Positions 18,248 to 26,145 of a DNA stretch of 64,000 bases are shown here, piece after piece. This DNA is from Bacteroidales bacterium (lineage in GTDB: Bacteria; Bacteroidota; Bacteroidia; Bacteroidales; WCHB1-69), in contig JAFYAW010000012.1 in the NCBI GenBank assembly GCA_017540505.1, positions 13,847-77,846 of the forward strand, in the 5' to 3' direction. The notes beneath the pieces are model-generated. The model worked only from the letters and a program-made list of their open reading frames with translations. It did not search any database and was not told where the DNA came from. Position 1 is the stretch's first letter, and each line of letters opens with the position of its first letter. The translations under genes and the position numbers were made by a program.

Positions 18248-18288
18248 TAGGTTTTCCGTGGGGATACGACAGGATGCCCAATCGTTTT

Positions 18289-19308
18289 TCAAACAGCGGA
18301 ATGTGCATAATACCCGCCCGTCTTGTTGGAGCCTTCACGGTCGATGAGGCCGTCCTCCTTCAGCAGGCGGATGTAGCGGTAAACGCTGCTCGGAGCCAGC
18401 CCGGTTTGTTTCTGGATGTCCTGCGCCGAACAGCGCGGATGAGTGGCAATGTAGTCGTAAATGGCCTTGTAGGTCTTCTCGTTTCGAGGCTGTCCCCATT
18501 CCTCCTGTTGGGTTTTCCCCTGCAGCAAAGGAATCGCACTTTCACGATAAGCATCCGTAATGAGAAGTTGCATATTCCATCCACCATCCCCTCGCAAATC
18601 GACATCCTTTTTGCTAAAATCCGCCACTGCATGACGCAACACAAAGCAATTGCGGGATATGGGCACGATGCCCGCCGTGGCAAGCATATTCTGCAACTGG
18701 GAAAGAGACCCGTAACGGTGATACTTCCTCCCATCCAGAAGGTACACATTCGTGAAGTTGCCATTCTGCTGGCAGTATATTATATCCGCAACCTGGACCA
18801 GCAGATGTTGGCCTTTTTCATCTATCACCTCTATCTGCATATTCTCCTTATACAGCAGCGTTTCGGATATCTTCTTGAGGCGGTGTGTCTCGCGAAGCGC
18901 ACAAATGGTAAAGGATAAGAGCACAAAGCCTGCATCCCGCAGAAAGACACAGATAGAACTGTCTATAAAGAACAACTCTGCTCCCGACACCTTCAACCGC
19001 AACAGATTCGCATGCGATTGCGGGTACACAAGGGCTATTTCGCCCAGTGCCGCCAACAAAGTGGTTAGCAGACTGGCAATCACATATTTCCAAGTCTTAT
19101 TTTGGGCGTACAGCAGAGGGAACCAGAGTTTCTCATTCACAAGCATGGCTGCCAGCACTATGATGGCGCACAGGTACTCCTTGTACAGGCACGGGTAGGC
19201 CACCGGACGCAATAGGGAAACGTGGTGAAAGGCGAATAGCACTATACCACAAAAAACAAGTTGTATCACTACCCCAAATGAAATCCGGATTGCTTCTTTT
19301 TTCTTCAT
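18289..19308 (-). CDS. membrane-anchored LytTR-domain transcriptional regulator with C-terminal winged helix-turn-helix
   Basis: The ORF-track TTG start at 19332 overlaps the -7 box, so I prefer the ATG at 19308 (MKKKEAIRISF...). About 4 hydrophobic helices, a LytTR core (IEVIDEKGQHLLVQVADIIYCQQNGNFTNVYLLDGRKYHRYGSLSQLQNML...ISRNCFVLRHAV) and a wHTH (HPRCSAQDIQKQTGLAPSSVYRYIRLLKEDGLIDREG). Confidence 0.75.
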   Translation of the reverse strand: MKKKEAIRISFGVVIQLVFCGIVLFAFHHVSLLRPVAYPCLYKEYLCAIIVLAAMLVNEKLWFPLLYAQNKTWKYVIASLLTTLLAALGEIALVYPQSHANLLRLKVSGAELFFIDSSICVFLRDAGFVLLSFTICALRETHRLKKISETLLYKENMQIEVIDEKGQHLLVQVADIIYCQQNGNFTNVYLLDGRKYHRYGSLSQLQNMLATAGIVPISRNCFVLRHAVADFSKKDVDLRGDGGWNMQLLITDAYRESAIPLLQGKTQQEEWGQPRNEKTYKAIYDYIATHPRCSAQDIQKQTGLAPSSVYRYIRLLKEDGLIDREGSNKTGGYYAHSAV

Positions 19309-19329
19309 TTTCTTTCTGTTTTTCGCCCG

Positions 19330-19337
19330 CAAAAATA
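19330..19337 (-). promoter_or_regulatory. Bacteroidetes -7 promoter box (TAnnTTTG)
   Basis: The minus strand reads TATTTTTG 22 nt upstream of the ATG at 19308. Confidence 0.45.
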
Positions 19338-19342
19338 CGATT

Positions 19343-19512
19343 TTATTCTCTCATTTTGGGGCCGTTTCGTCATAATGTGACGAAATCGGTTTGGGTGGAA
19401 ATTCTTGAAATTTAAAAAAGACCGTAAAATAGTGGTTTACAATCATATACAACATAATTTATTCTCTCATTTATCCTCTCATTTATTCTCTCATTTTGGG
19501 CCGTTTCGTCAC
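19343..19512. promoter_or_regulatory. cluster of direct, inverted and tandem repeats; candidate LytTR operator sites
   Basis: CCGTTTCGTCA at 19362-19372 (+). CCGATTTCGTCAC at 19377-19389 (-). CCGTTTCGTCAC at 19501-19512 (+). A 30-nt direct repeat TTATTCTCTCATTTTGGG(G)CCGTTTCGTCA at 19343-19372 and 19483-19511. Three in-phase 12-nt units AT(T/C)CTCTCATTT at 19461-19496. Confidence 0.55.
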
Positions 19513-19562
19513 ATTTTCGCCCCTTCGGCCTTTAGTGTTGGTATTTGTGTCTGGGAATGTGT

Positions 19563-19570
19563 TATCTTTG
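19563..19570 (+). promoter_or_regulatory. Bacteroidetes -7 promoter box (TAnnTTTG) with upstream TTTG
   Basis: TATCTTTG at 19563-19570 with TTTG at 19544-19547 (-33-like spacing). About 90 nt upstream of the ATG at 19662. Confidence 0.5.
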
Positions 19571-19590
19571 GGGCGGAAAAACAACATTAA

Positions 19591-19700
19591 CTCCCAACTC
19601 CCTTAACTCCTTAGTTCCTTAACTTCTTAACTTCTTAACTATAACATCAAACCTCAAACACATGAAAAAGCAAACCCTTTTCCTCGCCCTCCTCCTCGTC
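19591..19700 (+). repeat. leader + signal-peptide repeat, copy 1
   Basis: CCAACTCCCTTAACTCCTTAGTTCCTTAACTTCTTAACTTCTTAACTATAACATCAAACCTCAAACACATGAAAAAGCAAACCCTTTTCCTCGC. Near-identical to 21059-21165. Confidence 0.85.
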
Positions 19701-21014
19701 CTTGCCCTTGCCGGGCGGGGACAAGTAGTAGAAGAACTACCGAATTCACCGTCAGACCAAATGTTCTGCGTTTCGCATCCTGTACCCAATATTGTCTATT
19801 GCGGAGGATTGAAAGGACTGTACAAATCTGACGATGATGGGGAGACCTGGAACAAAATCTTTGAATACGACTCGGTTGTGGCACCATTTAAGGGAATCTG
19901 TTTTTTTGATGACACTCTTGGATTTGCTTCCGCGGCTGCCAACCCCAAAAATGCTGGAGCATTTATAGGAACTCCCGAGGACAACAAGTTATATAGAACA
20001 ACGGACGGCGGGATTTCATGGGCTCTCATTGACACCAGCCATTATTTCACCAATATTCGTTTTATAAACAAGGATACTTTGTTTGCAATAGATGAATCCC
20101 CATATCTGTTAAAAAATCCTCGTTCAGATGGGAATTTATATAGAAGTGTGGATGGAGGATGGTCTTGGGAGGAATTGGATGTACTGGGCAATAAAATAAG
20201 TGACTATTCTTTTGTCCCCCCATCAATTGTTTATGCTGTCAAAGGATGTGATCATTGTTACATTACACCACCATATAATTATATTCCTATAGTGTACAAA
20301 AGTACCGATTGGGGTACATCATGGACAACAATATTTTCAGCAGAAAATTTTCAATCTAAAGCACCCATAGAAATAGATCAGATTCATTTTTTTGAGGATA
20401 GGGATGGGGTGCTGATGGGGCATCAGCAAATTTTTACGGAAGATGATTTTACCACATTTGAGATTGCGAATTCAGGGTATTATGTGTCTAATCCTGGTGG
20501 ACCTTATCTTGTTATTCAGGCAAAATACTTGAATAGTGGTTATTGTGTCGCCACATCATGGGCATGGGACCCACACGATATCTTACGTCCCAGTACCATA
20601 CGGTTAAGCAGAGACAAAGGGCATCATTATTTAAAAATAAATTTGGGAGAGGATGTTAGTGACGTGTCAGGATGCGAACAAGACACCACATTCTTTGTTG
20701 TTTATTCTTGGGGCCCCAGCGTTTATAGGATACGTGGCGCTAATTTCCCGAATGTGGCAGTGGAAGATCATAGGAGTCAGGTGGAGGTTTTGGTGTCGCC
20801 TAACCCTGTGACAGACAGGCCCCGCATTCTCTGTGAAAAACCCGTTCAGACAATTCGTGTCTTGGATATGGCAGGCAGGCTAAAGTATCAGCAAACGCCG
20901 CCCATTCCACAAACTGATTTTCTTCTCAACACCTCATCCTGGCCATCAGGTCTCTATCTGCTGGAACTTTTCACCACAAAAGGAAGGACTACTGTAAAGA
21001 TTGTGAAAAAATAA
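19662..21014 (+). CDS. BNR/Asp-box beta-propeller protein with T9SS C-terminal sorting domain
   Basis: 450 aa. Signal peptide MKKQTLFLALLLVLALAG. Four Asp-boxes (SDDDGETW, TTDGGISW, SVDGGWSW, STDWGTSW). CTD: VLVSPNPVTDRPRILCEKPVQTIRVLDMAGRL...GLYLLELFTTKGRTTVKIVKK. Confidence 0.75.
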   Translation: MKKQTLFLALLLVLALAGRGQVVEELPNSPSDQMFCVSHPVPNIVYCGGLKGLYKSDDDGETWNKIFEYDSVVAPFKGICFFDDTLGFASAAANPKNAGAFIGTPEDNKLYRTTDGGISWALIDTSHYFTNIRFINKDTLFAIDESPYLLKNPRSDGNLYRSVDGGWSWEELDVLGNKISDYSFVPPSIVYAVKGCDHCYITPPYNYIPIVYKSTDWGTSWTTIFSAENFQSKAPIEIDQIHFFEDRDGVLMGHQQIFTEDDFTTFEIANSGYYVSNPGGPYLVIQAKYLNSGYCVATSWAWDPHDILRPSTIRLSRDKGHHYLKINLGEDVSDVSGCEQDTTFFVVYSWGPSVYRIRGANFPNVAVEDHRSQVEVLVSPNPVTDRPRILCEKPVQTIRVLDMAGRLKYQQTPPIPQTDFLLNTSSWPSGLYLLELFTTKGRTTVKIVKK

Positions 21015-21058
21015 CACCGCTATTTCATCTTTAAAACAGAATTTTTCTCAAAATCACC

Positions 21059-21165
21059 ACCGCCAACTCTCTTAACTCCTTAGTTCCTTAACTTCTTAAT
21101 TATAACATCAAACCCCCAAAAAACATGAAAAAGCAAACCCTTTTCCTCGCACTCCTGTTTTTTTT
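21059..21165 (+). repeat. leader + signal-peptide repeat, copy 2
   Basis: CCAACTCTCTTAACTCCTTAGTTCCTTAACTTCTTAATTATAACATCAAACCCCCAAAAAACATGAAAAAGCAAACCCTTTTCCTCGC. Confidence 0.85.
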
Positions 21166-21712
21166 GTTGTCGTTCGGAAATTCATTGTACGGACAAAAAG
21201 AGAATAAACATAGTTTGGGACTGTTGTTTGGATATTCAACAATTCCGGGTATTTCCTATAAATATATGCCTACGGAAGATTTTATTATGCAAACAGATTT
21301 GGCAACAAAAATACTTCTTACAGGCAATTTTTTTCATTCAAAAGCAAAATACATCGTTCTACCTCTGATAGAGATTTCCGAAAATTTATTCTATCAACAT
21401 CTATTTGCTGAAAAAGGATTTGTCACATTTCATTACATGATTGGCGGGGGAATTAGTTGTGGTCTCCAACCATTTCAACCTATGATTTGGAAAATCGGCA
21501 GTAACGCTTTTGCTGGTGTCGAATTCCGTTTTTCAAGTAGTCCAGTATCTCTACAACTGGATTTCAGACCCGGATATGGAGTTCTATTTTGGTCTGAAAA
21601 AACTCAAAATGAAATAAATGAGCTATGGAATATACTTACTCCCGGTTTGAGTAAAAGCCCTCAAAGTTGTTTTGACTGGTCTTTAAATTTCATTATAAGA
21701 TTTAGATTATAA
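21125..21712 (+). CDS. small exported protein, possible outer-membrane beta-barrel
   Basis: 195 aa. Signal peptide MKKQTLFLALLFFLLSFGNSLYGQ. Alternating hydrophobic pattern and an aromatic-rich C-terminus (SLNFIIRFRL). I recognise no domain. Confidence 0.5.
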   Translation: MKKQTLFLALLFFLLSFGNSLYGQKENKHSLGLLFGYSTIPGISYKYMPTEDFIMQTDLATKILLTGNFFHSKAKYIVLPLIEISENLFYQHLFAEKGFVTFHYMIGGGISCGLQPFQPMIWKIGSNAFAGVEFRFSSSPVSLQLDFRPGYGVLFWSEKTQNEINELWNILTPGLSKSPQSCFDWSLNFIIRFRL

Positions 21713-21729
21713 ACAAATTATTCTTAAAA

Positions 21730-24700
21730 ATGAAAAATATGAAAAAACTCTTATCTTGCTATTTCGTTGTTTTACTTGGTTTGTTTGCCAACATTCAAGC
21801 GCAGACCTACATTCAGGCTTTTGACAGCGTCTTTGCCAATGTGAGTAGGGCTGGGGCAAATACAGGAATACTCTATGAACGTGTTCTGCCGTTTGCCAAT
21901 TTAACCAACTTCAACTCCTTGTTATCCAATCCAGACACCAGCAATTGTTCACATTTTTTCAGAGCTGCAAATGAACTTCGACGTGCAACATTCAATTTGC
22001 CATGTCCCATTGTTCCCAAAGATAGTATCTTAAAAATCTGTGAATCAGATCCTGATTTGATTCAAATTGGAATGTTGCATTTTGATATTAACACTTTTGA
22101 CGCCAATATGTTACATCAAAAATTATTTTTTGATGGAGATAGCATCCTACAAGAAGACACTTCTGTCTTTGGATCTTTATACAATGAGGAAATGCTTTTT
22201 GTGGCTTCTCCTTTAAGAAGCATCATAAACACAGATAACCCTCTGTTTTATGTTAACTCAATGTTATATTTTGATAACACACATGATAAGATTCAAAAAA
22301 TATATGCAGATTTTGATGATGGTCTTGGGTATAGGCAAATTTTAGTGGATGACATTATTCCCGTTGAATATGACGAAGATGGAATAAAAGTGCTTCGTTT
22401 TCAAGTGAGTTTGAAAAAAGGTGCTACATTATACGCGTATGCGTCAATTGAGGTTAAAACCCGCAATCCTGGAAATGCAGAAAGCGTATATCCTTATGTG
22501 GATGATTATATCGGAAATAATGCAATTGAGGCAAAAATCACCCCTGCAAATCCTTATGATGGAGGCGTGTTCTCAAAAGTCAAAGGTTTTGTACGTATTT
22601 ACTATTCAAATTCAGACAAAATCTTAAGAAAACCGCTGCTCATTATAGATGGTTTCGATCCTATGAATGAGAGGCAATTTGAAACAAGCACTTCTGAAGA
22701 AAAGAAATCTCTATGGGAGATGTTGTATTATAAAAATCAAAATAATCAAACACTCCATCTTGGTTTGCAACTTTTGAATTTGGGATATGATTTGGTCATG
22801 CTTGATTTTCCAGAAGGAGGAACTTACATTGAGCAGAATGCTATGGTTTGTGTGGAGGTAATAAACAGGTTGAACAATCGGTTAAAGCAAAATGGAAGCA
22901 ATGAGAATATTGTTGTTGTTGGACCGAGTATGGGAGGGCAAATTGCCCGTTATGCCCTCACGTATATGGAACAGAATTCAAATGAGAACACGAATTTTGG
23001 TAATCACAACACAAGACTGTGGATTTCGTATGACTCGCCGCACCAAGGAGCCAATATTTCAATAGGTGCACAAGCACTTATAGAACACTATAGTAATGAA
23101 GAAGAGGATGAAGGTGTCTCAAAGATTTGGAAAAATACATTGTGTTGCAAAGCGGCTCAACAAATGTTAATTCATCATAGAAAGGAAACTGCACAACAGA
23201 TTTTCAACACTTACTATGCTCAAATTCAAAACCTCAATATTAGTTCAAATGGGTACCCTATAAATAGTCGTAATATTGCTATTTCAAATGGTAGTTTTAA
23301 TAATATCCCCAATGGTGTGGCACATCAAATCGCATTTGAAAGCATAATAACTATTGGTGTTTACACGTTGGATTTAAGAATTAGAAATGTAGTCAATTCG
23401 GGGACAGGAGATGTTTTTGACTATACTCATTGGATTACGTTTATTCCAATACATTATCATATTCCTTTTACTAATAATTTTGGGAAATGTAGTCCAGATG
23501 TAGCACCAGGTGGTTTCTATAAAACCTTTGAGCAAATAGAAGACGCAGTAAAAAAAATGAAATATATTGGACATTTTGTTCTTTCTGTCAATAATCAAAC
23601 ATCTCATTGTTTCATGCCCATTACCAGTACGTTGGACATCAGCGGTAACATGAACTACTGTACAGACATATCCACTCGGGATTTGGTTGCGGAAGGTTTA
23701 ACTCCGTTTGACAGTTATACTGGAGTTATTGACAGTAATATGGAACATGTTACATTCAATCAGAATATCTTCAATTATCTCATTAACGAAATTGAAACTT
23801 ATATTCAGGGCAACCGCGAAGTGACGATGTGCACTTCGCCTACATACACGTTGCACCTTCCGCAGGATTCTTCCGCTACAGTAACGTGGCTGTGCAGCGA
23901 CAACCTGCAAATAAATACAGGAAATGACCCGTACACTGTGGCCTTATCGCCCTTATCCATAGGTGATGGATGGATTAGTGCCGAAGTATCCACTCTCAAA
24001 CATCGAAAACGCCTTGCCAATTATCCTGTTCATATCATCTCAAACACCTTACCTACAATTGATACCCTTCAGTATTCAGGAGATACGCTTATGGTGGACA
24101 CCACATACGTATTGGGAGATTCTGTATTTGTGGATAGTGGGAAAGTCATGACTATCACAGGCATTCTCCACTGTGCGCCTTCCGCCCGCATCATCGTGCG
24201 GCCCGGCGGGAAGCTTGTGGTGGATGGCGGCACACTCACCGCCGCCTGCGATGCGGAGATGTGGCCCGGCATCACTGTGCTGGGGCATTCGGACAAGCGG
24301 CAGCTAGCCCAAAACCAGGGCAGTGTGGAGCTGCGCAACGGGGCCGTCATCGAACACGCCCGCTGCGGCATCACCCTCGGCGCGGATGAGGACGACCTAC
24401 TCCACACCGGCGGCATCCTCTCCGCCACGGACGCCTTCTTCCGCAACTGCGCACGCGCGGTACACTTCCGCCCATACATGGATTCCACCGCAGGCGTATG
24501 CTGCCGTGCGAACAAGTCCTTCTGCACCCGTGTCACTTTCGTGGTGGACAGCAGCAACCGCTTCGCACAGAACAACACCGCATTTGGCGAACACCTCCTC
24601 CTGCAAGGTGTGTATTCCATCAAATTTCAGGCGTGCTCCCTTTTGAACGTCGGTTTTGTCGGCGGGTTGCAGAATTGCGGCATCCGGGCCTTGGGGGCCA

Positions 24701-25779
24701 CTTTCGGGCTGAGAGACGATGATGACTTGTCATACCCGCCCAACCCCAACATCATCGTGCACCGCTCACTGGTCTCCGGCTTCCACTATGGCGTGTATGC
24801 CTCCGACACCCTCAGCGGGACGGGACCATGCCTCCTCAACACGGTGTTCCGCAACAACATCTACGGGGCCCATCTTCACGACTGCCTGTACACTGTCATA
24901 GAGCGATGCAGTTTCCACCTAGACAGCCTGCCGTTCGTTTCCAACAAGCCTACCATTTACGGCCTGTATCTGTCCAATAGCTATTGGGCGGAATTTGAGG
25001 GCGACACTTTCATTCGGGCCTATAATGTCCCTATCCCAGTGAGCAGGGGAATTTACGCCAGCAATAACACCATGGGTGATGTCATTGTCTATCACAACCT
25101 GTTTGAGAACCTCACCTACGGCATCCATGCCGCCGGCAACAACGGCGACAGCACAAGGGGCCTCCTGTTTTCGTGCAACGAGTTCCTGCACAACAACTAC
25201 GGCATCTACATTCCCAGTTCCTCCACCGTAGCCATGCGGCAGAAGTACCGTGGGTATTCCGCCGCCAACTCCTTCACGGGTGTCACAAACTACGGAATCT
25301 ACAATGCCGGTCCACAGAATATAAACTACTACAACAGCACGGTTGGCCTTGATCCGTCACTGATTTATGGGAGTGTGACCCAGCATTATGGGGCACCCTC
25401 CGGCGGCTGTTTCTTCTCGTGGGACACCATACTCCCCATCGTTGATCCGGAGCCCATCAAGACGGAGGGGGACAGCACGGCGGACACCCCGGACATGGAC
25501 CCTCCGAAGTCGCTTTCGCTGGGTGTTGGCACCGCCGGCACGGGATTAGACGATATGAGGATTTTCCCCAATCCGAACAACGGCCAGTTCTCCATTCACA
25601 GCTCACAATCCACCATTTACCGGATACGGCTTTACGACGTATATGGGAAGCTGTTGAAAACGGTGAATGTGAATGCCAACATGGCGGAGGTTGACGTTCA
25701 TGAGCTGTGCGCGGGCGTGTATGTGCTGCGCGTGGAGACGGACAGCGGCGCGGTGGTGAAAAGGGTGGTGAAAGAGTAA
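21730..25779 (+). CDS. large T9SS cargo: lipase-like alpha/beta-hydrolase region + parallel beta-helix region + C-terminal sorting domain
   Basis: 1349 aa. Signal peptide. PLLIIDGFDP...VVVGPSMGGQIARYAL (GxSxG)...YDSPHQGA. Beta-helix-like repeats (NNIYGAHLHDC, HNNYGIYIP, CGITLGA, CGIRALGA). CTD: MRIFPNPNNGQFSIHS...GVYVLRVETDSGAVVKRVVKE. Confidence 0.8.
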   Translation: MKNMKKLLSCYFVVLLGLFANIQAQTYIQAFDSVFANVSRAGANTGILYERVLPFANLTNFNSLLSNPDTSNCSHFFRAANELRRATFNLPCPIVPKDSILKICESDPDLIQIGMLHFDINTFDANMLHQKLFFDGDSILQEDTSVFGSLYNEEMLFVASPLRSIINTDNPLFYVNSMLYFDNTHDKIQKIYADFDDGLGYRQILVDDIIPVEYDEDGIKVLRFQVSLKKGATLYAYASIEVKTRNPGNAESVYPYVDDYIGNNAIEAKITPANPYDGGVFSKVKGFVRIYYSNSDKILRKPLLIIDGFDPMNERQFETSTSEEKKSLWEMLYYKNQNNQTLHLGLQLLNLGYDLVMLDFPEGGTYIEQNAMVCVEVINRLNNRLKQNGSNENIVVVGPSMGGQIARYALTYMEQNSNENTNFGNHNTRLWISYDSPHQGANISIGAQALIEHYSNEEEDEGVSKIWKNTLCCKAAQQMLIHHRKETAQQIFNTYYAQIQNLNISSNGYPINSRNIAISNGSFNNIPNGVAHQIAFESIITIGVYTLDLRIRNVVNSGTGDVFDYTHWITFIPIHYHIPFTNNFGKCSPDVAPGGFYKTFEQIEDAVKKMKYIGHFVLSVNNQTSHCFMPITSTLDISGNMNYCTDISTRDLVAEGLTPFDSYTGVIDSNMEHVTFNQNIFNYLINEIETYIQGNREVTMCTSPTYTLHLPQDSSATVTWLCSDNLQINTGNDPYTVALSPLSIGDGWISAEVSTLKHRKRLANYPVHIISNTLPTIDTLQYSGDTLMVDTTYVLGDSVFVDSGKVMTITGILHCAPSARIIVRPGGKLVVDGGTLTAACDAEMWPGITVLGHSDKRQLAQNQGSVELRNGAVIEHARCGITLGADEDDLLHTGGILSATDAFFRNCARAVHFRPYMDSTAGVCCRANKSFCTRVTFVVDSSNRFAQNNTAFGEHLLLQGVYSIKFQACSLLNVGFVGGLQNCGIRALGATFGLRDDDDLSYPPNPNIIVHRSLVSGFHYGVYASDTLSGTGPCLLNTVFRNNIYGAHLHDCLYTVIERCSFHLDSLPFVSNKPTIYGLYLSNSYWAEFEGDTFIRAYNVPIPVSRGIYASNNTMGDVIVYHNLFENLTYGIHAAGNNGDSTRGLLFSCNEFLHNNYGIYIPSSSTVAMRQKYRGYSAANSFTGVTNYGIYNAGPQNINYYNSTVGLDPSLIYGSVTQHYGAPSGGCFFSWDTILPIVDPEPIKTEGDSTADTPDMDPPKSLSLGVGTAGTGLDDMRIFPNPNNGQFSIHSSQSTIYRIRLYDVYGKLLKTVNVNANMAEVDVHELCAGVYVLRVETDSGAVVKRVVKE

Positions 25780-26078
25780 AGTTTAGAGTTGAGAGTTTAT
25801 AGTTTAGAGAAAGCCAACGGCCAATAGCTAACGGCCAAAACCCAATGCCCAACCCCCTACTGTTTAGCCCCTTAGTCAAACAATCCCCCACCCATGCTTT
25901 TCACCAGCTTACATATAGCCGTGATCATCATTGCGGCTTTGGTGCTTTGCCTGCTGCTGGCCCACACCCACGAAGAGATTTCGTGCCTTTACACGAATTT
26001 TTAGTGAATAGTGGTCAGTGAATAGTGAAGCGTGCAGATTTTCCGTCTTTTGCCCCTTTGCTCTCCGAGTAATTTTTG

Positions 26079-26086
26079 TATTTTTG
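26079..26086 (+). promoter_or_regulatory. Bacteroidetes -7 promoter box (TAnnTTTG)
   Basis: TATTTTTG lies 60 nt upstream of the ATG at 26146, inside the longer ORF-track ORF that starts at 26032. Confidence 0.45.
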
Positions 26087-26145
26087 CAGCGGATTTACAA
26101 TATAACCGATTTTTTCAAGTTAATACCGTTACGATTTTTCCAAAT

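Noticed and set aside
16105-18250. Very long ORFs antisense to real genes: 16105-17163 and 17222-18250 here, and also 2711-3424, 30467-31558, 32768-33919, 43947-44921, 53225-54055, 55710-56486, 57608-58411 and 59027-60151.
   Set aside because: Each lies exactly opposite a gene with clear motifs. Their translations are low-complexity, Arg/Gly/Val/His-rich and carry no recognisable motif. Long stop-free antisense frames are expected in GC-rich, codon-biased genes.
19374-19515. Invertible-promoter (inverton) hypothesis: the 12-nt inverted repeats AATGTGACGAAA (19374-19385) and TTTCGTCACATT (19504-19515) flank about 118 bp.
   Set aside because: The flanked segment contains no TAnnTTTG box in either orientation, and no recombinase gene is adjacent. 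The repeats are better explained as operator sites for the neighbouring LytTR regulator. Not fully excluded; read-level inversion analysis would settle it.
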